This document shows positions 51,263 to 61,661 of a stretch of 64,000 nt of DNA, piece by piece. This DNA is from Octopus sinensis. Lineage: Eukaryota. The DNA lies in the NCBI RefSeq assembly GCF_006345805.1, contig NC_043010.1:68014001-68078000 (forward strand), written 5' to 3'. Numbering within the stretch: the first letter of the stretch is position 1; every line of letters starts with the position of its first letter. Position numbers and translations under genes: made by a program. The notes beneath the pieces are model-generated. The model did no database searches, had not been told where the DNA came from, and saw only the letters and a list, made by a program, of their open reading frames with translations.

Positions 51263-51588
51263 TCGAGCTCGTGTAATAAAATTATACAAATGGCACTTTA
51301 TTTCGTGTTTTGTTATGCGCGTGATCCCTCGATCTGTTGAAAAAATTATCTTCCACAAAACCAGTTCGTAGTCCAAAGAAAAAAAACATTGGTGACCCCT
51401 TACTATAGAGGGCTAGCTACTTTCTTGGAAAAACTCTAGACACCGACGGGAATGAGCTGACCGTCAATTCCTCTTTTGCTTTTTCATAGATTAGTGAAGT
51501 AGACGCTTGCTGACGCTTATCATGTGATCTTTTAACCATGAGGACTGGTGAGGACACAAGATAGATATACCTTGCTATAGGTTATAAC

Positions 51589-53072
51589 CAAAGGCGAGCA
51601 CCTTTAATCGAAAAGTAAACTTCGTTAACCGTTAATCCGTTAACCAAAAAGTGAACTTCGATAACCGTTAATCAGTTAAATATTAAAAAACGTAACGGAA
51701 ATTATCGATAAACCGTTAACGTTAATTTTTTAAATTTCGTTTTGTATTTGGTTTGCAAGATTCTTTATGTGAATTCGTGTGCTGAAGCATATTTTATTGT
51801 GTCTGAGGAGAGTGATTCTCTTTCAGTGCCTCACCTGTTCGATTTCCACTCATTTACTTATTTATTTTTTCTAAAATTTTCGTTGCGTCTTGCAACCTTT
51901 TCAGTAGTCGTTGACTTTGTTAATTTTTCTTATAGAAAAAAAAAATCAGTTTTTGGTCTAAAACCACCGAAAAGCACAATTAAAAAGTGCTAAAGTCAGT
52001 CTTTTCTGACCCTTTTAAGGGCTTCAGAACCAAAAAAAAAAAAAAAAACTATCGTTTTTTTCTTTTTTGGTTTACAGTTAAAAAGGGCTAATTTCATACT
52101 TTTGACCCTTTCTTAGATTTTAAAAGCTTTTAGGGCCAGGAAAAGGTTAAAAAAAAAAAACTCAGATGAAACACAATATTAGTATTAAACTAAAAAAGTT
52201 TATTGAGGTGGCCGTAAAATAATTAAAAAAATGAAAAACACGTTATATACATAATTTAATTTTCCCTCGTCTCGTTCTCCATTCTGTTCATGAGATACTT
52301 TTTGCCCTTCATGAAAATTAGCATGTCAAAGTTTTCATTAGACAGAGATGAACTCTTGGCCCTCAAGATGTCCTTGCTCATAGAGAACAAACACTTCACT
52401 GCAGCACTGGAGGGGGTGGCTGTGTTAAACTTGATGAACAAGTCCACCAACACATGCCCACCCAAGAAGGCATCATCATCTGTCTTTGGAGAAGGCATCC
52501 TCAGCAAGTCGTTGGAGTTGGTCTCCAACCAGGTCTTGACAAAATGCTGGGCCTTGTCCTTGAGTGACCTGTAGCTCACTTTGGGCTGGGTGACACTACT
52601 GAAGAAGTCCTCCTCCTCCTTGTTGTTGCTGCCTCCACTGTTACTGATCCCTTCGTCAGACTGCTACCTCATGGTTTCCTCGACCTTACCCGCCCATGCT
52701 TTTCACCACCATGGCGACCTTGGTGTTGTCATACTTATCCAACCAGATGAGGCGAAACCTGGGGGGGGGGGCGGGAAGGCCGCAGTCAGCTGGTATTCCT
52801 CATCCTCCAGAAAGGTCTGAAACTTTTTGTCGACGCCTGTCAAAAGTGCGTCGACCAAGAGGCTGCAGTAGACGAAGCTCTTGGACTTCAAGTCTTTGAG
52901 CCAAAAGGTCGTCTCTGCAACTTGAACTCAAGCTGACTTGAGTTAGCGGAAGTTAAATGTAACGGAAGTTAATTAATCCGATAATGATTTCCGAAGTTAA
53001 CTTAGAAGTTAAATCGTTAACAAAAATGTTAATTGCGTTAATTAACGATTAACGGTTTGGTGCCCATACCTG
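51589..53072 (-). mobile_element. Internally deleted hAT DNA transposon, about 1.5 kb
   Basis: Imperfect TIRs CAAAGGCGAGCACC / CAGGTATGGGCACC (8/14), arrays of GTTAA/TTAAC subterminal motifs at both ends, and a transposase C-terminal remnant inside. No clear TSD. Confidence 0.75.
52256..52925 (-). pseudogene. hAT transposase C-terminal remnant including the dimerisation domain
   Basis: LFIKFNTATPSSAAVKCLFSMSKDILRAKSSSLSNENFDMLIFMK matches the hAT PSSA.VERLFS....L...R..LS..NF..L.F motif. Upstream AETTFWLKDLKSKSFVYCSLLVDALLTGVDKKFQTFLEDEEYQLTAAF. Frameshift at the G-run 52761-52771, further lesions, and no N-terminal or catalytic part. Confidence 0.85.
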
Positions 53073-53104
53073 GTTCACAAACACACACACACACACGCAG
53101 TGTA

Positions 53105-53293
53105 TGAGGGCGTGCTGAAAAGCTCCTGCATATGAGGGTATCTCGAGGTTCCACCTTACGAGTTCTTTTACAGGGCTTAGAAAAACTGAAGGACCGCTGC
53201 AATAAGTGTGTGAATCTGAGAATAAAATCATAATTAACTTATTCTCCTGTATTTTTATTTACCCAAAGCCTGGAACTTTTCAGCACTCCCTTG
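53105..53293 (+). mobile_element. mariner-derived MITE, 189 bp
   Basis: TA|TGAGGGCGTGCTGAAAAG ... CTTTTCAGCACTCCCTTG|TA. Internal LQGLEKLKDRCNKCVNLR resembles the mariner transposase C-terminus. Confidence 0.8.
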
Positions 53294-53518
53294 TATATGG
53301 AACGTACAAACGAGACAGGGTCCCTGGACTCGGCTAAAAGGACAGTTAACTCCTAAAAAGAACTGATTTTTTGTCCGCGATGACCTGTCCAGTCATTAAG
53401 AAGCGGATGTTAAAAGCGATGATGAAAATACGCAGAACACGCACGTGTGTGTGTATATATATATATATACATACATACACACACACATACACGTTCACGC
53501 GCAAGCACTGAGAATTCT

Positions 53519-53719
53519 TGACGTCACGGGGACAGGAAGACTTGTTTTGTTTCGTTTTTGCATATATCCGTCATTGTTATCACCGATGTCGGGGACAAGG
53601 AGGGAACGGGTGTGAGGTGACGACGACGACGATGATGATGATGATGATGATGGTGGTGGTGACGGCGGTGCCTCCCCCCCCCTCGTCTCCCACCAAACAA
53701 TCACGTGCCATTTGACTCA
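53519..53719. promoter_or_regulatory. Candidate cis-regulatory element: CRE (TGACGTCA 53519-26), E-box (CACGTG 53702-07), AP-1 (TGACTCA 53713-19)
   Basis: Motifs read directly in CpG-rich sequence that I could not assign to a repeat family; function is inference only. Confidence 0.3.
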
Positions 53720-54140
53720 TAACACTTGCTGGAGCGGGAAGACACGACGAAGAAAACTACTTGGCACTTTTTACTTCGAAGATGACTTTTCCCTTGGTGG
53801 CAAATGCCACTCTCTACTCTTAGCCTACTGATACCACCACCCCCTCTCTCTCTCTCTCTCCTCCTCCCTCCTCTTGATGTTTACCGTGAATTGGTGTTCC
53901 TAATACCCTCCTTTCTCTCTCTCTCTCCCAGTTTGTTGTTGTTGTTGCTGTACAACTCTTCCCATTTTTCTTTCTATAAATACATCTTATTTGTAATACG
54001 GACAATAGTCGGCTCTTTATTATCGGTTTTTATTTTTTTCCCCCTCTTTTCCATTTCGTCTTGCTTGCTCTATGTACCTTTAACCATACTTCTTGTTAAT
54101 ATAATATAATATTAGTATAATATAATATAGTATAATATAG

Positions 54141-54506
54141 TGGAGGCGCAATGGCCCAGTGGTTAGGGCAGCGGACTCGCGGTCATAGGATCGCTGTTTC
54201 GATTCCCAGACCGGGCGTTGTGAGTGTTTATTGAGCGGAAACACCTAAAAGCCCCACGCAGCCCCGGCAGGGGATGGTAGTGATCCCTGCTGTACTCTTT
54301 CACCACAACTTTCTCTCACTCTTACTTCCTGTTTCTGTTGTACCTGTACTTCAATGGGTCGGTCGGCCATATCCCCGAATATCCCCGAGAACTACGTGTC
54401 TGTGGAGTGCTCAGCCACTTACACGTTAATTTCACGAGCAGGCTGTTCCGTTGATTCGGATCAACCGGAACCCTCGTCGTCGTATCCGACGGAGTGCTTC
54501 CACCAG
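54141..54506 (+). mobile_element. SINE family C, tail variant 3, flanked by (TATAA)n
   Basis: 'ggaggcgcaatggcccagtggttagggcagcgg...gtttcgattcc' head; diverges from the other copies after 'cttcctgtttct'. Confidence 0.85.
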
Positions 54507-54532
54507 TATAATATAATATTATATAATATAAT

Positions 54533-54700
54533 ATATTGTTATATTTCGAAATGGTCATTTTGCAAGTTTAGCCAATAAAAACACACGCACTATATATTTA
54601 TTTTTTTTTACACATTAATCTTAATCTTATTTCGGCCAGAGTTCTTTCGTCACACTCCTGGCTAAACTTGCAAAATGACCATTCCGAAATATAACAATAT
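54533..54700. repeat. 42-bp inverted repeat (41/42) with an 84-nt spacer, MITE-like
   Basis: atattgttatatttcgaaatggtcattttgcaagtttagcca (54533-74) versus tggctaaacttgcaaaatgaccattccgaaatataacaatat (54659-700). Confidence 0.85.
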
Positions 54701-55019
54701 CTATTTCAACACACGACTTCACATAAAAAAATCTTGCACAACAAATATATAAACGTACTAATATAATATAGTATAATATAAAATGATATTATATAATATA
54801 TGGCAATCTTTCGGGGAAAGTTTATGACGTCATGAGTGAGTGAATGACTGTCTTTTTGCTTGACAGAGTCGAACAGTCAAGCACACACACATTCGCACTC
54901 ATGGCTGACGTCATGAACTAATACCGAAACACTGCATACAATAATACTATATATTTCAGAGATGAACTTACCGAGCAAGTGATTTGATCTGAGAAACTTT
55001 AGTATTATTATTATTATTA

Positions 55020-55382
55020 TTATCTCTGCCTTAGCGAAGGCGGAGGTATTGTTTTCAGTTGTGTTTGTTTGTTTCTTGGTTCGCGGACAAGATATCTCAA
55101 GAACCACTGGATGGATTCGAATGAAACTTTTAAGGGTGTTTGGCCCCGTGACTGGCACGGGATCGATCCGGTACCGGTCAAGGATTCTGGATAATTTTTC
55201 CTGTTTTTTTTTTTTTTTTCACTAAATTTTTGAGAGCGGTCGGATTCATTTTCAGTATTCTCGTTTGTGAGAGCAGTCGAGTTTATTTAAGATATTCTCA
55301 TTTTAAAGATCATCTCTGGTTAATCATTGAGAGGACGTTGGTGTTGCCTTGGTGGAGGTTTGCGCGCTCGGAGTGCTCTTGT
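55020..55382 (+). mobile_element. Helentron-associated (HINE/DINE-1-like) non-autonomous element
   Basis: 5' hairpin TCTGCCTT-agcg-AAGGCGGA (55025-44), then 'ggtattgttttc...gtttgtttg...atatctcaagaaccactggatggatt...atgaaactt'; 3' 'ccttggtggaggtttgcgcgctcggagtgct'. Sits in (ATT)n. Family assignment is from memory. Confidence 0.55.
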
Positions 55383-55708
55383 TGTTGTTATTATTCGACT
55401 TTGCCTTTCATCTTTCCGGGGGTTGATAAATTAAGTACCAGTAAAGCACTGGGGTTGATCTAATCGACTAGTCCCCTCCCCCAAAATTTCAGGCCTTGTG
55501 CCTATAGTAGAAAGGATTATTATCATTGTTTCAAATTTTGGCAAAAAGCTAGGAATTTCAGCGGGAGCAGGTTAGTCAATTACATCGCCCCCCCCCCACA
55601 ATACTTGACCGTTGCTTTATTTTACCGATTTCAAAAGGATGAAGGATGAAGCTGATCTTGTCGGAATTTGAACCCAGGACGCGCTTAACGACTCTGACAG
55701 CTTCCCGC

Positions 55709-55759
<51 letters not shown>

Positions 55760-56124
55760 ATGTCTGTATGTCTGTCTGTATGTCTGTCTGTATGTCTGTA
55801 TGTCTGTATGTCTGTATGTCTGTCTGTATGTCTGTATGTATGTATGTATCTATCTATCTATCTATCTATCTATCGGCGCTGAAACGATTGTGAAGTTAAC
55901 TGTACAACTACGTTGTTCCGGGTTCAATCTCAGTTTGCAGACTCTTAGGTATTGGAAATAGAATTTAATTAGCGTTAACAAGGAATTTTGTGAAACCGAA
56001 CAAACACCGACAAAAATCAAATTGATTTAACGTTTAATGGAATTTGAATGTCGGAGTTGTTTCCCTTCTTTTGCCGAAAAATAAAATTATCGTTGTTAAT
56101 GTACAATATGCACACACACACGTG

Positions 56125-56548
56125 TAAGGCGGTGAGATGGCAGAAACGTTAGCGCGTCGGGCGAAATGCTTAATAATACTTCCTCTATCTTTATGTTCTG
56201 AGTTCAAATTCCACCGAGGTCGACTTTGCCTTTCACCCTTTCGGGATCGATAAATTAGGTACCAGTTACGCACTGGAGTCGATGTAATCGGCTTAATCCC
56301 TTTGTCTGTTCGTGTTTGTATCCTCTATGTTTAGTCCCTTGTGGGTAATAAAGAAATAAGAAACGTTAGCAGCCGGGCGAAATGCTTACTGGTGTTTCGT
56401 CTGCCGTTACGTTCTGAGTTCAAATTCCGTCGAGGTCGACTTCGCCTTTCATCCTTTCGGTGTGGATAGATTAAGTGCCAGTTGCGTACTGGGGTCGGTC
56501 GAATCGACTGGCCCCTCCCCACAAATTTCGGGCCTTGTACCTAGAACA
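56125..56548 (+). mobile_element. Two head-to-tail SINE B copies (long tail then short tail)
   Basis: 'ggcggtgagatggcagaaacgttag...taaagaaataag|aaacgttagc...gggccttgtacctagaacagaaaag'. Confidence 0.88.
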
Positions 56549-57154
56549 GAAAAGAATATACGCACACTTACACCACTGACACACATCACATATATTCAGT
56601 TCTATCTCACTTTACGAGACCCCAGGTGTGCGAGTTTTATATTATATTTTTCAAGCACAAGATCCAAGTTTTGAACCAAGTGCAAAAGACTCTACTACCA
56701 TAACAAATGCTTCTGCGTGTAAAAAGAAATCTACAAGCCCGTCTACGAGTGCTTGTGAATTGGCGATCGTGTCTATAAGTGATGGTGTGCTCTAAGTCTA
56801 GAGCGAGTAAATCTATACTATCTGAAAGGCATTTGGAAAAAAATTTAATTGAAGTATAACCATTTTTTTTTTCTTCTGAAAATTACGAGGAAGCAAAGTC
56901 CGCTCGTGGGGCCCTTTTGTGTATGTATGCCAGTGTTTCTAGTATAGCATATCTTTCAATGTATCGAACGATGTTCTGCGGTCTATTTTTGACTTTCATT
57001 ATTGGGGAATCCCTCTCTATTCTTGTGTGAATAGTCTTCTAATGCGCTATGTGTAAAGGGAGGCAACTCTTCTTTTGCTATTGGTTTAAAATTTGGGACA
57101 AGTTTTGGATGAATTGCTCAAATGCTTTGAACGTCAATTTTCTATTAAATTACA

Positions 57155-57589
57155 TACTCTTTTACTTGTTTTCAGTCATTTGACTGCGGCCATGCTGGAG
57201 CACCGCCTTTAGTCGAGCAAATCGACCCCGGGACTTATTCTTTGTAAGCCCAGTACTTATTCTATCTGTCTCTTTTGCCGAACCGCTAAGTAACGGGGAC
57301 GTAAACACACCAGCATCGGTTGTCAAGTGATGTTGCAGGGCAAAAATACAGACACACACACACAATGCTAGGGGGACAAACACACACACACACAATGCTA
57401 GGGGGACAAACACACACACACACCACACACACCACACACACACACACACACATACACACACACATGTATATATACGACGGGCTTCTTTCAGTTTCCGTCT
57501 ACCAAATCCACTCACAAGGCATTGGTCGGCCCGGGACTATAGCAGAAGACACTTGCCCATGATGCCACGCAGTGGGACTGAACCCGGAA
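57155..57589 (-). mobile_element. SINE A, head truncated, with a small internal duplication
   Basis: Reverse copy; 'cacaatgctagggggacaaac' occurs twice. Confidence 0.9.
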
Positions 57590-58279
57590 AAAAAAAACAA
57601 AAAAACTATCGTAAAACTTTTACCTTTTCGTCCGCTGCAGGAACATGAACTGTAGCGATTCGTTATAGGGACTTTTCCTGGGGACAAAATGTTTTCTCGT
57701 TCCTCGGACACCTTAATGCTGAATAATTTCAAAAGATTTTTGGTTCCGAAGGACTGTTTGGGAATCGTTAGAATTCACGGGTCTTTAAACCTAATGCAAA
57801 TTTATTTATTTTTTTTTACTCGTTTTAGTAATTTGGTTGCGGTCATGCTGGAGCACTGCATTGAAGGGTTTAGTCGAACAAATCGGTCCCAGTACTTCGT
57901 TGGTGTCGCTTTACCGAACTGCTAATGTTACAGGGACGTAAGCATACCAACACCGGTTATCCTGCGGAGGTGGGCCCTGTTTCCCCCCGTCCCGTTTCCT
58001 TCTACCAAATCCATTCACAAGGCTTTGGTCGATCTGGAGCTATTAGTAGAAGACACTTGCTCAAGGTGTCACATAGTGGGTCTGAAACCCTTTATTAGCA
58101 ATTTCCTTTTGTATCGAAGTAGATCATACATTGTGAAGGCGCAAGGCTTAGTGGTTAGGGTATCGCAGTCACGATCGCATGATCATAGTTTCGCTTCCCG
58201 GATCAGGCGAGATCTTGAGCAAAACACTTAATTTCACTTTCTTCCAGTCGACTCAGCTGTACATGAGTAACGTTGCGAC

Positions 58280-59164
58280 GGGCGAAATGCGTAGCCGTAT
58301 ATCGTCTGTCTATACGTTCTGAGTTCAAATTCCGCCGAGTCCGACTTTGACTTTCATCCTTTCGGGGTCAATTAAATAAGTACCAGTTACGCCCTGGGGT
58401 CGATATAATCGACGTAATCCGTTTATCTGTCCTTGTTTGTCCCCTCTGTGTTTAGTCCCTTGTGGGTATTAAAGAAATAGGTATTTCGTCTGTCTATACG
58501 TTCTGAGTTCAAATTCCGCCGAGGTCGACTTTGCTTTTTATCCTTTCGGGGTCAATTAAATAAGTACCAGTTACGCACTGGGGTCGATATAATCGACGTA
58601 ATCCGTTTGTCTGTCCTTGTTTGTCCCCTCTGTGTTTAGTCCCTTGTGGGTAGTAAAGAAATAGGTATTTCGTCTGTCGTTACGTTGTGAGTTCAAATTC
58701 CGCCGAGGTCGACTTTGCTTTTCATCCTTTCGGGGTCAATTAAATAAGTACCAGTTACGCCCTGGGGTCGATATAATCGACGTAATCCGTTTGTCTATCC
58801 TTGTTTGTCCCTCCTCTGTGTTTAGCCCCTTGTGGGTAGTAAAGAAATAGGTATTTCGTCTGTCTATACGTTCTGAGTTCAAATTCCGCCGAGGTCGACT
58901 TTGCTTTTCATCCTTTCGGGGTCAATTAAATAAGTACCAGTTACGCACTGGGGTCGATATAATCGACGTAATCCGTTTGTCTGTCCTTGTTTGTCCCCCC
59001 TCTGTGTTTAGCCCCTTGTGGGTAGTAAAGAAATAGGTATTTCGTCTGTCTATACGTTCTGAGTTCAAATTCCGCCGAGGTCGACTTTGTCTGTGGTTGA
59101 TATAATCGACGTAATCCGTTTGTCCCCTCTGTGTTCAGCCCCTTGTGGGTAGTAAAGAAATAGG
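58280..59164 (+). repeat. Five-unit tandem array of the SINE B body (184-186 bp)
   Basis: 'cgtctgtc' anchors at 58303, 58487, 58671, 58857, 59043; the last unit is internally deleted. Confidence 0.93.
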
Positions 59165-59435
59165 TTACATATACTGCAAATAAAGTGCATCAGGGGAGGC
59201 AATACATGTAAAGAAATTACTACGGAGTGAATTCCCTTGATGACTTATGCGTGTACGGGGAGTGGAATTGAAATTGGTAGTTTTTAGGTGTCAGAATAAA
59301 TGAAATGAAACGAAACAAGACATTCTGTTGCTGATTATGTCTGGTTTACCTCAGTCTTTAGCTGTAAATCGTTTTAAGGTTTTATCGCGTTGCTAGAGTT
59401 GCAGAAAGAAATAGTTATCGACAGAAAACACACTG

Positions 59436-59796
59436 GAGAGTGGCTGTGTGGTAAGTAGCTTGCTTACCAACCACATGGTTTTAGGTTCAGTCCCACTGCG
59501 TGGCACCTTAGGCAAGTGTCTTCTTCTATAGCCTCGCACCGACCAAAGCCTTGTGAGTGGATTTGGTAGACGGAAACTGAAAGAAGCCCGTGTGTGTGTG
59601 TTTGTGTCTCTGTGTTTGTCCCGCCAACATCGTTTGACAACCGATGGTGGTGTGTTTACTTCCCCGTAACTTAGCGATTCGGCAAAAGAAACCGATAGAA
59701 TAAGTGCTAGGTTTACTAAGAATAAGTCCTGGGGTCGATTTGCTCGACTAAAGGCAGTGCTCCAGCATGGCCGCAGTCAAATGACTGAAACAAGTA
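59436..59796 (+). mobile_element. SINE A, full length
   Basis: A and B boxes, CORE-like segment and 3' end 'aatgactgaaacaagta'. Confidence 0.9.
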
Positions 59797-59836
59797 TGCA
59801 GGGCTTTTGTCGTGCAGAAGTGATGTTTGTACACTG

Positions 59837-60013
59837 CAGTGCTCCACAACCCGTTTCCCACTTGCAGCACACTTACATCCTTTTCACAACTTGGCGGCAT
59901 ACCTGAACTAAAAATATAACTTAAAGTGTAGGGAAAAAAAATTATGTTCAAGTTACACTAGCATCGTCTCGTGACACACCAGTGTGCCGCAGCGTACCGG
60001 TTGTGGAGCACTG
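59837..60013. mobile_element. hAT-superfamily MITE, 177 bp
   Basis: Perfect 15-bp TIRs CAGTGCTCCACAACC / GGTTGTGGAGCACTG; TSD GTACACTG / GTTTACTG (6/8). Confidence 0.85.
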
Positions 60014-60102
60014 GTTTACTGAGATGGGTAATTACTTTCTCTTTTATTATCTTACACGTTTCAGCTCTAAGGTTGTGGCCAGGCTGGAGCTTGCCTATTA
60101 AG

Positions 60103-60222
60103 TTTACTTCACACACAATTTTTTTAGACATGTGTTGACTGTTACTTCACACACAATTTTTTTAAACATGTGTTGACTGTTACTTCACACACAATTTTTT
60201 TAAACAAGTGTTGACTGTTATT
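60103..60222. repeat. 38-bp tandem repeat, three units
   Basis: 'ttacttcacacacaattttttt..acatgtgttgactg' at 60104, 60142, 60180. Confidence 0.92.
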
Positions 60223-60546
60223 TCCAGCACGTTGAAGATTATCATATTAATGGAGTTTCTAATTATAAATTGTGGTGTTAGTGTTAATAATTCGTTGGTC
60301 TTCATCTAGTAATCTTAGGATCAAAGGCGTTCCAACTGTGACCTTCATATGTATTCACACAACATGAAATGTATCGTTCCGTTGTTTAAGATCTGGTTTG
60401 AGATGAATTTCTATCAATTAGTTAATTATATATTTTACATTCTTCCAACAACAGAAGTACGTTTGATTACTCTGATGAATGAACTTGCTTAAGCTGTTTG
60501 ATTAACATTATTTTCCTAACTTGAAACAATTGTTAGCATTTTGTTA

Positions 60547-60766
60547 CCCTTTCGTTACCAACCTGGCTGAAACTGGTTCTGGCTCTGAGTACAAATGTCT
60601 TGTTTGCATAAGTTTTGAATTAAAATCTTCCACCAAACCTTAGTCACAATTTATGTTCCTAACACTAGTTGAAGGATATCTAAGGTATTTAACTAAATTC
60701 TTTGTTATATTTAAAGTAATTGAAAGAAATACAGAACATCTCAAAATAAATACAGTAACGAAAGGG
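60547..60766. mobile_element. piggyBac-like MITE (type 1), opposite orientation to the 22-kb copies
   Basis: CCCTTTCGTTAC ... GTAACGAAAGGG|TTAA, a perfect 12-bp TIR. Confidence 0.85.
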
Positions 60767-61218
60767 TTAAAATATATAATAGAGAAACAATTCTTAACCC
60801 TTTTGATACTAACCTGGTTGAAACCAGCTCTGGCGTATTCTACTGCTAAACTGGATATAAACAGAAGCAATACTGGTCTTCAAGCAGTAGTCACACACAC
60901 ACACACACACACACACAAAATACATTGGATTTCCACACAGTTTCCATCTACCAAATTCACTCACAAGTCATTGGTTGGCCCAGGGTTAGAGTAGAAAACA
61001 TTTACCTGTTTATTGTCTGGTTGCATTTTTCTATTGATGTGGTGAAAGTTGTTCCAGGTATCAAGGGTTCAAACACTGGATTTTGAAAAAGTTTTTTTTT
61101 TGCAGAATTGTTTTTGTTTAGTACTTTTATTGAAAATGTTTGAAGTCTAATTCTCACAGCGTGTAATGTTAGGTACTCTTAATCATTATTTTGTTATTCT
61201 CATTTACATTATTTCCTA

Positions 61219-61386
61219 CTGACTAACCTCTTTCTTTTTTCCTTTTTTCTATTTTCAGGTAAGTCTAAGGTACTTGTATTGCAAGCTCCTTTTATCTGGG
61301 AAGCCATTGTCATGATTAAAAGCTTTGAGCTAAAATAAGTGAAGAAATGCAAACATCTGGCAGCCGTCTTGATGTATGAGGTAAGT
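61219..61386 (+). other. Candidate recursive splice site (CAG|GTAAGT at 61258/61259) with 122-nt RS-exon-like segment 61259-61380
   Basis: Branch point 'ctgACTAAC' (61219-61227), near-pure pyrimidine tract 61227-61256, CAG|GTAAGT, second donor 'gag|GTAAGT' at 61380/61381, and stops in all three frames (61260, 61313, 61336). Confidence 0.65.
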
Positions 61387-61661
61387 CACTATCTGAGCAA
61401 AACTATGAACATGGTCTTCAGGTTTAAGGTTTTATTTGGGACAAGCATTTCAATGGTTGGATGGTAGATACAAATAAGACAAATGCCAACAAGATAACAA
61501 TAGATATTCTAAATTATTTGGGAAATAGTTAACTATTTTGATATAATCCTACCTGAGACTGCCCTTGGTTCTATGACATAAACTTCATGTTTTAAAGCAA
61601 TCTAAATTAAAACTTTCCTTCAAAATTTCACTTTATGTTCTGAATACCAGCGTAATAATGA

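Noticed and set aside
51581-53080. 8-bp TSD for the hAT deletion derivative (GTTATAAC versus GTTCACAA)
   Set aside because: Only 4/8 identity, so it is not reported as a TSD and the element ends rest on TIR and subterminal motifs alone.
54141-54216. tRNA gene calls for SINE heads (families A, B and C)
   Set aside because: They have A and B boxes but no closing acceptor stem, and they continue into multi-copy SINE bodies.
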